DNA from: an uncultured Gammaproteobacteria bacterium
Lineage (GTDB): Bacteria > Pseudomonadota > Gammaproteobacteria > JACCXJ01
NCBI GenBank assembly: GCA_963764725.1
Contig: CAVXTM010000018.1
Coordinates: forward strand, 128,001-192,000
DNA: 64,000 nt
Direction of reading: 5' to 3'
Shown here: piece after piece, positions 19,181 to 28,196 of the stretch
How positions within the stretch are numbered: position 1 is the first letter of the stretch
How the letters are laid out: each line of letters starts with the position of its first letter
The notes under the pieces: model-generated
What the model was told of the DNA's origin: nothing
Database searches by the model: none
The model's input: only the letters and a program-made list of their open reading frames with translations
Program-made: the position numbers and the translations under genes

Positions 19181-19948
19181 TCATGGGTCGGCTGCGTCCC
19201 GACGAGCGGTTGCGTGCAGTGGCGGCAGCGATACCGTCAGCGCCCGCAGGCGAAAATAGAGATCGGCCCGGAATGTTCCACGGGTTACCGCGGCTTCGAG
19301 CCTACGGCGCGCTCCCGCGATCACGCGCAGGTCTGCCGGCATGGGTGCGCTCGCACCCAGCGGCACAAACTCGCGGTGTTCGAGCAGCCGCAAGAGCTTC
19401 GTCTGCGCGGACCAGGAAAGCGCGTGGATCCCGTCGAGAAACAGGGTGCCGCCACGCGCCCGCTCACAACACCCGGGGCTACGCTGGCCGGCGCCACCCG
19501 CCGCATGCCCGAAAAGCTCTTGTTCTAGCTGGGTGTCTGTCCACACCGTACAATCGAGCTGGACAAACGGGCCGTGGCTTCTGGCGCTCATGGCATGGAT
19601 GGCGCGGGCGGCCGTTTTCACGGCGCCGGCGCCCGACAGCAGCACCGCCGAGCGTGCCGCGGCCGCCTCCTTGATCTCCTCGATCGTTCGGCGCGCGCGC
19701 GGCCCTTGACCAATGACGCGTTCTAAGGGGTTGCTCGCTCGGGGCTTTTGCGAAACCAGACGCGCTGCCCTGATCTCGTGCGCAGCACGCGTCTCATGCA
19801 CCAAACCGACCGCGCCGGCGGGTCCACCGAAATAGGTCGAAAGAACCCCGAGTACGCGCTGCGCGGCCGCCCACGGATCGCCCGCGGCGCGCACGATCTT
19901 AGCAATTTCACGGAGCGCGGCGCGATCCAGATCTCGTTGCTGTTTCAA
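19181..19948 (-). CDS. Degenerate sigma54-activator AAA+ domain protein
   Basis: ARAIH..S.R..GPFV, LEQELFGH, GGTLFLD, QTKLLRLL, FRADLYFRL; Walker A and GAFTGA eroded; no HTH. Confidence 0.7.
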   Translation of the reverse strand: MKQQRDLDRAALREIAKIVRAAGDPWAAAQRVLGVLSTYFGGPAGAVGLVHETRAAHEIRAARLVSQKPRASNPLERVIGQGPRARRTIEEIKEAAAARSAVLLSGAGAVKTAARAIHAMSARSHGPFVQLDCTVWTDTQLEQELFGHAAGGAGQRSPGCCERARGGTLFLDGIHALSWSAQTKLLRLLEHREFVPLGASAPMPADLRVIAGARRRLEAAVTRGTFRADLYFRLRALTVSLPPLHATARRDAADP

Positions 19949-20157
19949 TACCTTGAGTGTGATAGTGGGTGGTATCGTGGATGCACCTGGGCTGGGCGCC
20001 GCTGCCGGTAAAGTCTCCCTCCCGGGAAAACCTCGTGAAACGACGCCGCGAGCGCCCGCAAACTGTGGCGAGCAATCCGCGTACCGCTTTTAAAACCAGG
20101 TGCTATCAAAGATATGCGTTTTCCGTATTATACTGGTCATCGGTACGTCATCCCGGG

Positions 20158-20172
20158 TGGTACATGAATTGC
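20158..20172 (+). promoter_or_regulatory. Sigma54 promoter of the ATP-grasp/Anbu operon
   Basis: TGGTAC-ATGAA-TTGC (GG-N10-GC), 76 bp before ATG 20249. Confidence 0.65.
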
Positions 20173-20248
20173 CGGGGCTATCTCCATGGATACGTGCAAT
20201 GCAAACCACGCGCTGGTGTGGGCCGCTCCGGCAGCCAAGCAAGTAACG

Positions 20249-21697
20249 ATGGCAATCGACTGGGAGCACTATGATACCGGCACCGGCTACGATGAATTAC
20301 TAGAGGCGCCGGGCCGGCCTCGAGCGCCGGCGCGACCGCTCTGCCGCTATTTGGGATCGCTCACAAGGAGCGAGATAGAGGAGCGGAAAAACGCCGCGGA
20401 GCTTGCCATCGTGACCATGGGCATCACCTTCACGGTCTATACCGAGGAGGGTGGCAGCATCGATCGAGCCTGGCCCTTCGACATCATCCCGCGCATCATC
20501 CCGAGCCATGAATGGACGCGCATCGAGACCGGGCTCAAGCAGCGCGTCAAGGCGCTCAACCTCTTCATCGACGATGTCTATCACCGGCAACGCATCGTCA
20601 AGGCGGGCGTGTTTCCACAGGAGCTGCTCGCGAATTCCGTGAATTTTCGACACGAATGCGTCGGCGTCGATCCTCCGCATGGCGTCTGGGCACATATCTG
20701 CGGCACCGATCTGGTGCGCGACCGTGACGGCACCGTCTACGTCCTCGAGGACAACCTGCGCATCCCTTCGGGCGTATCATACATGCTGGAGAACCGCCTG
20801 GTCACCAAACGGGTTTTTCCCGAGCTTTTCGAGCACTACAGCATCCGTCCGATCGATGATTACCCCTCGCAGCTCTTCGATATGCTGGCCTCGCTCTCCC
20901 CGCGCCCCGCGGACTCCCCCGCGATCGCGGTGCTCACGCCGGGGATCTATAATTCGGCTTATTTTGAGCACGCCTATCTCGCGCAACAGATGGGCGCAGA
21001 GCTGGTCGAGGGCGGCGATCTCGTGGTCGGCGACGACGACTGCGTCTACATGCGCACCATCGAGGGATTCGCGCGGGTCGATGTAATCTACCGGCGCATC
21101 GACGACCTCTATCTCGATCCCCTGGGCTTCGGCACGGATTCCAAGATCGGCGTGCCGGGGCTCCTGCGCGCATGGAAAGCAGGCCGGGTGGCGCTTGCCA
21201 ATGCGCCCGGGGCGGGGGTGGCCGATGACAAGGCCGTTTACGCCTTCGTGCCCAAGATGATCACTTATTACCTCGGCGAGGAGCCCATTCTGCCCAACGT
21301 ACCCACGTTCCTGTGCATGAACACCGACGAGCGCGAGCATGTGCTCGCCAATCTCCACCAACTGGTCGTCAAACCTGCCAACGCCTCGGGGGGTTACGGG
21401 ATGCTCGTGGGTCCCCACGCCACCGCCACCCAGCGCGCCCAGTTCGCGCGCTTGATCGACCACGACCCTCGCAACTACATCGCCCAGCCGACCCTCTCCC
21501 TGTCCACCGTGCCGACCCTATGCGAGACGGGACTGGCGCCTCGCCACGTCAACTTGCGTCCCTTCATCCTTTCCGCTAGCGAGAACTATGTGACCATGGG
21601 CGGATTGACGCGCGTCGCCTTGCGCCAAGGATCGCTGGTGGTTAATTCCTCTCAGGGTGGCGGCAGTAAGGACACCTGGATTACGGACGAGGTCTAG
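20249..21697 (+). CDS. Circularly permuted type 2 ATP-grasp protein
   Basis: PFDIIPR, VLEDNLRIPSGVSY, NSAYFEH, YRRIDD, GGLTRVAL..GSLVVNSSQGGGSKDTW. Confidence 0.93.
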   Translation: MAIDWEHYDTGTGYDELLEAPGRPRAPARPLCRYLGSLTRSEIEERKNAAELAIVTMGITFTVYTEEGGSIDRAWPFDIIPRIIPSHEWTRIETGLKQRVKALNLFIDDVYHRQRIVKAGVFPQELLANSVNFRHECVGVDPPHGVWAHICGTDLVRDRDGTVYVLEDNLRIPSGVSYMLENRLVTKRVFPELFEHYSIRPIDDYPSQLFDMLASLSPRPADSPAIAVLTPGIYNSAYFEHAYLAQQMGAELVEGGDLVVGDDDCVYMRTIEGFARVDVIYRRIDDLYLDPLGFGTDSKIGVPGLLRAWKAGRVALANAPGAGVADDKAVYAFVPKMITYYLGEEPILPNVPTFLCMNTDEREHVLANLHQLVVKPANASGGYGMLVGPHATATQRAQFARLIDHDPRNYIAQPTLSLSTVPTLCETGLAPRHVNLRPFILSASENYVTMGGLTRVALRQGSLVVNSSQGGGSKDTWITDEV

Positions 21698-21699
21698 CA

Positions 21700-22662
21700 A
21701 TGCTCTCAAGGGTGGCGGAACGGCTTTACTGGTTGGGGCGGTACCTGGAGCGGGCGGAGGGGACGGCGCGCAACATTAACGTCAATACCCATCTGCTGCT
21801 GGACCTGCCCAAGGGCACGGCTTTCGGCTGGGAGCCGCTCATCTTCATCATGGGAGGGGAGGAGCTTTTTTTCCGGCACTACCGGGACGCCGGTCAGCAG
21901 AACGCACTCGAGTTCATGCTTGCGGATCCGCGTAACCCGAGCTCGATCTGTTCCTCCCTGCAGCACGCGCGCGAAAACCTCCGCACCCTGCGGGACGTGG
22001 TGCCGCGAGAGGCCTGGGAGAAGCTCAATCACCTGCATCGCTACGCCAACGACCACTATGAGCAGGCGATAGCGGGGCGTTCGCGCTTTCCGTTTGTCAC
22101 CCAGATCATCGATGGCTGCCAGCTCATCACCGGACTGCTCGCGGGCACCATGAGCCATGACGGGGCGTATGAGTTCGTGCGCACCGGACGCAATCTCGAG
22201 CGCGCCGACATGACCACCCGGATCATCGACGTGCGCTCGGCCAGCCTCCTGCCGAAACACACGGGGGACCTCGCGCCGTTCGCGAACATCCAGTGGATGA
22301 GCGTGCTCAAGTCGCTATCGGCTTATCAGATGTACCGCCGCCAGGTTCACGTGCGCGTGAGCGGCGCGGAAGTGCTGCGCTTTCTGTTCCAGGATGCGGG
22401 ATTCCCGCGCTCCGTGTATCATTGTCTGGGCGAAATGCAGCAGAGCCTGAGTGCGCTTCCCCGCAATGAAGTGCCGCGGCGCTACGTGGTGCGGTTGAAA
22501 CGTCAGGTCGGCGAGGCCATAGTTCAGCACCTCGCCCACGAGGGTTTGCACGAGTTCATCGATAACCTGCAAGTCGCGCTCGGCAAGCTTCACGATCGCA
22601 TCCGGGCAACCTATTTCCTGACCGAGGCGCCCGCGCCAAAATCACGGTCCCTGGCCGCTTGA
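21700..22662 (+). CDS. Alpha-E domain protein
   Basis: MLSRVAERLYWLGRYLERAE, ARENLR, GRNLERADMTTR, FPRS. Confidence 0.93.
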   Translation: MLSRVAERLYWLGRYLERAEGTARNINVNTHLLLDLPKGTAFGWEPLIFIMGGEELFFRHYRDAGQQNALEFMLADPRNPSSICSSLQHARENLRTLRDVVPREAWEKLNHLHRYANDHYEQAIAGRSRFPFVTQIIDGCQLITGLLAGTMSHDGAYEFVRTGRNLERADMTTRIIDVRSASLLPKHTGDLAPFANIQWMSVLKSLSAYQMYRRQVHVRVSGAEVLRFLFQDAGFPRSVYHCLGEMQQSLSALPRNEVPRRYVVRLKRQVGEAIVQHLAHEGLHEFIDNLQVALGKLHDRIRATYFLTEAPAPKSRSLAA

Positions 22663-22688
22663 GGCCCGCAGGTAGAAGAGGACTTTTC

Positions 22689-25600
22689 ATGGCCATTCGC
22701 GTCGCATTGCACCACAAGACAGAGTACCACTACGACCGCCGGGTCCGGCTCTCGCCGCATGTGGTCCGCCTGCGCCCCGCACCGCATACACGAACGCCTA
22801 TCAGCGCCTACTCGCTCAGGGTCCGGCCCGAGAAACACTTTATCAATTGGCAGCAGGATCCCTTCGGCAACTACCTCGCCCGCCTGGTATTCCCGGATCC
22901 CACGCGCGAGCTGTCGATCGAAGTGGACCTGGTGGCGGAGATGACCGTCATCAACCCCTTCGATTTTTTTCATGAAGACTACGCCGAGCGCTATCCTTTC
23001 AGCTACGATTCCACTCTCCGCAAGGATCTCGTCCCCTATATCGAGACCAAGGAGGACGGACCCAGGCTCAGAGAGTGGCTTTCCGGAGCCGAACGCTCCG
23101 AAGAAGATACCAATGATTTCCTAGTCAAGCTGAATCAACGCTTGGCGCGGGACATCCGCTACACGATACGCATGGAACCTGGCATCCAGGGCTGCGAGGA
23201 GACCCTGCGGACACGCCTCGGTTCCTGCCGTGATTCCGCTTGGTTGCTGGTGCAAATCCTGCGGCATTTGGGTCTCGCCGCGCGCTTCGTCTCGGGTTAC
23301 CTCGTGCAGCTCACCCCGGATGTCAAGGCCCTCGATGGGCCGGCGGGCGTCGAGAGCGATTTCACCGATCTGCACGCCTGGGCCGAGGTCTACGTACCGG
23401 GCGCCGGATGGCTCGGGCTCGACCCGACCTCGGGCCTGTTCGCCGGGGAAGGCCATATCCCGCTAGCTTGCACCCCGGACGCCGTGAGCGCGGCGCCGGT
23501 CACCGGCGCTACGGACGAGTGCGAGGTCGAGTTACGTCACAGCAATACGGTTCTGCGCGTCCACGAGGACCCGCGGGTCACCAAGCCCTACGCCGAAAAT
23601 CAGTGGGCGGCGATCAACGCCTTGGGCCGGGCAGTGGATGAGGACCTGGCTCTGCACGACGTACGGTTGACCATGGGCGGGGAGCCGACCTTTGTCTCCA
23701 TCGACGACATGGATGCCGCGGAATGGACTATCGCCGCTTTTGGCTCCCACAAGCGCTCGCTGGCGGAAGAGCTGCTCCAACGCCTGTGGCGGCGCTTCGC
23801 TCCCGGAGGGGTCCTGCACTTCGGGCAGGGTAAATGGTATCCGGGCGAGTCGCTCCCGCGCTGGGCCTTGGGCTGTTTCTGGCACAAGGACGGCCTACCT
23901 CTGTGGCGCAATCCCGATCTCTTCGCCTTGGGTAGCCACGGCATCGGTTTCGGCGCGAGTCACGCCGCGCAATTCGCTGCCCAGCTCGCGCGCCGCCTGG
24001 GGATCGGCGAACGCTATGCCGTCCCCACCTATGAAGACGCGCTCTACTATCTGTGGAAAGAGGGCAGTGTCCCGGTCAATCTGGACCCGCTCAAGGCCAA
24101 TCTAGAAGACCCCGAAGAGCGGCGCATGCTTGCTCAAGCGCTCGACCGGGGTCTCGACACCCCGGCCGCCTATGTGCTGCCGCTCGCATGGGATTGCGGG
24201 CAGAGCGGCTGGCGTAGCTCGCCCTGGCCGGTGCGGCGGGGGCACCTCTACTTGAACCCGGGGGACGCGCCCGCGGGCCTGCGACTGCCGCTCGACGCAC
24301 TCCCCTGGGTCGCCGAAGAGGACCGGGAGATCCTGCCCGAAGCGAGCCTCTTCGAAGCGCGGCCGCCGCTCGCCGATCTCCACGGTGAAGTCGCGCGCCG
24401 CTACCGCCAGATACTCGCCACGGGATCAACGCCGGGGGTCTTCGAGCAGGGCTACGCGGACGCGAGACCGCACCCCGCCAACATGGTGCGTACCGCGCTA
24501 TGCGTCCAGCCGCGCACCGGAAAGTTGCACGTATTCCTGCCGCCGCTCGCCGAGCTCGAGCATTATCTCGATATCGTGACCGCGGTGGAGGCGACCGCCG
24601 CCGATCTCGCCCTGCCGGTCTTACTCGAAGGCTACGAACCGCCGCGCGATACGCGTATGGAGCGGCTGCAGATCACGCCCGACCCCGGCGTCATCGAGGT
24701 CAATATCCACCCCGCCCACACCTGGAACCAGCTCGTCAACACGACCACGGCCCTCTATGAGGAGGCACGGATGACGCGCCTCGGCACCGAGAAATTCATG
24801 CTCGATGGGCGTCACACCGGGACCGGCGGCGGCAACCATATCACGCTTGGCGGCCCTACGCCTGCCGACAGCCCTTTCCTCCGGCGGCCCGAGCTTTTGC
24901 GCAGCTTCGTGACCTACTGGCAGCACCATCCGGGGCTATCGTTCCTGTTCTCGGGCCTCTTCGTCGGGCCCACCAGCCAGAGTCCGCGTGTCGACGAGGC
25001 GCGCCATGAGAATCTCTACGAGCTCGAGATTGCCTTCCAAGAGATGCCGGAGGGTGAGGTGCCCTGGCCCTGGCTGGTCGACCGCCTGCTGCGCCACCTG
25101 CTCGTCGATGTCACCGGCAACACCCACCGCGCCGAGTTCTGTATCGACAAGCTGTACTCCCCGGACAGCGCCTCGGGGCGGCTGGGGCTGGTGGAGCTCC
25201 GGGCCTTCGAGATGCCACCGCACTCGCGGATGAGCTTGGTGCAGATGCTGTTGGTGCGCGCCCTCACCGCGCGTTTCTGGAATGAGCCCTACCGACGCTC
25301 TCTGGTGCGTTGGGGCACGGTCCTGCACGACCGTTTTCTGCTACCGCATTACGTGTGGGCCGACCTGCGGGAGGTGGTGAGCGAACTGCACGCGACAGGC
25401 TATCCCTTCGATCTCGCCTGGCTCGCGCCCTTCTTCGAGTTCCGCTTCCCGCATTATGGAACGGTCACGCTCGGGGACATACAGATCGATCTGCGCGCGG
25501 CCATCGAGCCCTGGCACGTGCTAGGGGAGGAAATCAGCAACATGGGCACGGCGCGCTTCGTCGACTCCTCGGTCGAGCGGCTGCAGGTCAAAGTCACCGG

Positions 25601-26057
25601 CATGACCGACTCGCGTTATGTGCTGGCGTGTCACGGCCGCCAGGTGCCGCTGCGCGCCACCGGCACGCAAGGTGAGTACGCGGCGGGGGTGCGCTACCGT
25701 GCCTGGCAGCCGCCATCCGCGCTGCACCCGACCATCGGGGTGCACTCGCCCTTGGTCTTCGACCTCATCGATACGTGGAACGGCCGCGCTATCGGGGGCT
25801 GTACCTATCACGTCGCCCACCCGGGCGGGCGTAACCCCACGGTCTTTCCGGTCAACGCCTATGAGGCCGAGGCGCGCCGCGTGGGCCGCTTCTGGCCCTC
25901 TGGACATAGCCCGGGCGTGCTCGAACCGCCGCCCGATGTGGCGCGCCTCGGGCGCTTCTTCCCCGAGGGCCACCCCCCCGGCCCCATGGAGCCGCCGCGG
26001 GAGGAAATCAACCCCGAGTACCCCCATACGCTGGATCTCCGGCGTTCGAGAACCTGA
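22689..26057 (+). CDS. Transglutaminase + DUF2126 putative amidoligase fusion
   Basis: GSCRDSAW, DLHAWAEVY, LDPTSG; GGEPTF, TPDPGVIEVN, GTGGGNH, ELRAFEMPPH. Confidence 0.92.
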   Translation: MAIRVALHHKTEYHYDRRVRLSPHVVRLRPAPHTRTPISAYSLRVRPEKHFINWQQDPFGNYLARLVFPDPTRELSIEVDLVAEMTVINPFDFFHEDYAERYPFSYDSTLRKDLVPYIETKEDGPRLREWLSGAERSEEDTNDFLVKLNQRLARDIRYTIRMEPGIQGCEETLRTRLGSCRDSAWLLVQILRHLGLAARFVSGYLVQLTPDVKALDGPAGVESDFTDLHAWAEVYVPGAGWLGLDPTSGLFAGEGHIPLACTPDAVSAAPVTGATDECEVELRHSNTVLRVHEDPRVTKPYAENQWAAINALGRAVDEDLALHDVRLTMGGEPTFVSIDDMDAAEWTIAAFGSHKRSLAEELLQRLWRRFAPGGVLHFGQGKWYPGESLPRWALGCFWHKDGLPLWRNPDLFALGSHGIGFGASHAAQFAAQLARRLGIGERYAVPTYEDALYYLWKEGSVPVNLDPLKANLEDPEERRMLAQALDRGLDTPAAYVLPLAWDCGQSGWRSSPWPVRRGHLYLNPGDAPAGLRLPLDALPWVAEEDREILPEASLFEARPPLADLHGEVARRYRQILATGSTPGVFEQGYADARPHPANMVRTALCVQPRTGKLHVFLPPLAELEHYLDIVTAVEATAADLALPVLLEGYEPPRDTRMERLQITPDPGVIEVNIHPAHTWNQLVNTTTALYEEARMTRLGTEKFMLDGRHTGTGGGNHITLGGPTPADSPFLRRPELLRSFVTYWQHHPGLSFLFSGLFVGPTSQSPRVDEARHENLYELEIAFQEMPEGEVPWPWLVDRLLRHLLVDVTGNTHRAEFCIDKLYSPDSASGRLGLVELRAFEMPPHSRMSLVQMLLVRALTARFWNEPYRRSLVRWGTVLHDRFLLPHYVWADLREVVSELHATGYPFDLAWLAPFFEFRFPHYGTVTLGDIQIDLRAAIEPWHVLGEEISNMGTARFVDSSVERLQVKVTGMTDSRYVLACHGRQVPLRATGTQGEYAAGVRYRAWQPPSALHPTIGVHSPLVFDLIDTWNGRAIGGCTYHVAHPGGRNPTVFPVNAYEAEARRVGRFWPSGHSPGVLEPPPDVARLGRFFPEGHPPGPMEPPREEINPEYPHTLDLRRSRT

Positions 26058-26206
26058 AGCCCGCACCGCAATGGCGTCGCATCGGCTGCCCCGGCCAGGC
26101 CTCTCGGCACGTTGGCTAGCGGAAGAACGCCGGCATTTAGCAGTATTAAAATACATTGAGTTGAATGGAGTAATATGTACTTCTCCCTCTCTACAGACGA
26201 TAAAAA

Positions 26207-26935
26207 ATGACTTACTGTGTGGGCATCATGCTCGATAGCGGGATGATTTTTGCCTCGGACTCTCGCACGCACGCCGGCGTGGACGATTTTGCAACGTTTT
26301 GCAAAATGACCGTGTTCGAACGCTGTGGTGACAGGGTGATCGTTCTATTGAGCTCGGGCAATCTAGCGGGGACACAAGCCGTGATCAGCGTGCTGAAGCA
26401 GCGGGGTGACGCCGAGGGCGCGGTCGTCAATTTGTGGAACGCGCAGACCATGTTTGACGTCGCGGTTTTGGTGGCGGACGCGATGCGCGATATTGATCGC
26501 CGCGACGGTCAGTATTTGGCAGAGAGTCCCATCACGTTCAACGCCTCGTTCATACTCGGCGGACAACTTAGCGGCGAGCCTTTGCGACTTTTTCGGATTT
26601 ATTCAGAGGGCAATTTCATCGAGGCGGGACTCGACACGCCCTATTTTCAGACCGGCGAAACAAAATATGGAAAGCCTATCCTCGATCGCGTGATTACCCG
26701 TTCCACAACGCTCGCCGATGCTGCGAAGTGCGTGCTGGTTTCGTTCGATTCGACCATGCGCAGTAACTTGTCTGTAGGCATGCCAATCGATCTGATTTGT
26801 TACGAGCGCAACAGTCTGAAAATACAGATGCGTCGCCGGTTCGACGAGGGCGATGCGTATTTCACCGCACTTAGCAGTCAATGGTCCGAAGGTGTGCGAC
26901 ACGTATTCAGCGAGCTGCCCGAGTTGCGTTGGTAG
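26207..26935 (+). CDS. Anbu proteasome-type protease
   Basis: MTYCVG (N-terminal Thr nucleophile), SDSRT, GNL, GETKYGKPILDR, DSTMRSNLSVG. Confidence 0.92.
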   Translation: MTYCVGIMLDSGMIFASDSRTHAGVDDFATFCKMTVFERCGDRVIVLLSSGNLAGTQAVISVLKQRGDAEGAVVNLWNAQTMFDVAVLVADAMRDIDRRDGQYLAESPITFNASFILGGQLSGEPLRLFRIYSEGNFIEAGLDTPYFQTGETKYGKPILDRVITRSTTLADAAKCVLVSFDSTMRSNLSVGMPIDLICYERNSLKIQMRRRFDEGDAYFTALSSQWSEGVRHVFSELPELRW

Positions 26936-26994
26936 GTTGACACGGTATATCGATATCGCATCGAGCTGTACCGGCGGACGTCAGGAGACCACTT

Positions 26995-27807
26995 ATGCAG
27001 ATCCGCATCGGCTATGAATTGACTTACGACTGCCCGCAGCCGACGCCTATGATATTGACCTTGAACGTCCACTTCACGCGCGTCTCCGATATCATCGTTC
27101 CCGACCACCTCATCACGAACCCGTCGGTCCCGATCAGAGCCTATCGTGATGGCTATGGCAATTGGTGCAGCCGGATCGTAGCGCCGAAGGGCGAGATCCA
27201 GCTCTCAGCCGATGCGGTTGTGAAGGACACCGGTGAGCCGGATCAGGTCGCCCCCTCGGCTCAGCAACACCCGGTGCAAGACCTGTCCGAGGAAACCCTA
27301 GTGTTCCTCTTGGGAAGCCGATACTGCGAAACCGATCGGCTATCCGAGGCGGCGTGGGACCTTTTCAGCAAATCGTCGACTGGATGGGGACGCGTCCAGG
27401 CGATCTGCGACTTTGTCCATGGGCATATCCATTTTGGTTACGAGCATGCGCGCTCCACGAAGACGGCCTGGGAGGCTTTCAATGAGGGGACCGGCGTCTG
27501 CCGTGATTTCACGCACCTCGCCATTGCATTCTGCCGCTGCATGAACATTCCCGCACGTTACTGCACCGGCTATTTGAGTGACATTGGCATACCGCCCCCT
27601 TACGGCCCAATGGATTTCGCTGCCTGGTTCGAGGCATATCTTGGCGGTCATTGGTGGACCTTTGACGCTCGGAATAACACGCCGCGCATCGGCCGGGTGT
27701 TGATCGCCCGCGGTCGCGATGCGACTGATGTCCCGATCAGCAACACGTTCGGCCCTAACACGCTGAAAAGCTTCAGGGTATGGACAGACGAGTTGAGCCA
27801 AGGATGA
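26995..27807 (+). CDS. Transglutaminase-like family protein
   Basis: SRYCETD, GVCRDFTHL, DFAAWFE, FDARNN, RGRDATDV. Confidence 0.9.
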   Translation: MQIRIGYELTYDCPQPTPMILTLNVHFTRVSDIIVPDHLITNPSVPIRAYRDGYGNWCSRIVAPKGEIQLSADAVVKDTGEPDQVAPSAQQHPVQDLSEETLVFLLGSRYCETDRLSEAAWDLFSKSSTGWGRVQAICDFVHGHIHFGYEHARSTKTAWEAFNEGTGVCRDFTHLAIAFCRCMNIPARYCTGYLSDIGIPPPYGPMDFAAWFEAYLGGHWWTFDARNNTPRIGRVLIARGRDATDVPISNTFGPNTLKSFRVWTDELSQG

Positions 27808-28196
27808 ATGTGACCGCACGGACCGAGATGGCGGGGTGCAACAACTGGTGCGCGAGGCAGCGAATGCGGTAAGCATTGCGTACACGGTGGTGTTGGTGCT
27901 GCCCGGCAGTTCCCTCAAGAAAAATGTCACGGCGCTTGCCGACCCTATTCACCGTCCCGGTTTGAGCTAGAAATCGACGTTGTCCGGTAGACAGATCCGG
28001 GTAATGAGCCCTATCATTATCCATGCGCGCCGGGGAGTTGGCCGTAGTGGCCAAAGGGGTGCGGAATCCTGTATTTCCATAGGGTCTCTTGGATCAACTG
28101 AGGAAACCTACCGTACCCGATGGTTTTCCGAACCATTCAAGGGCTCCGAGCTCATAAGCACGCTAACAACATCTGTTCGGACTAGGAGGGGGCGAA

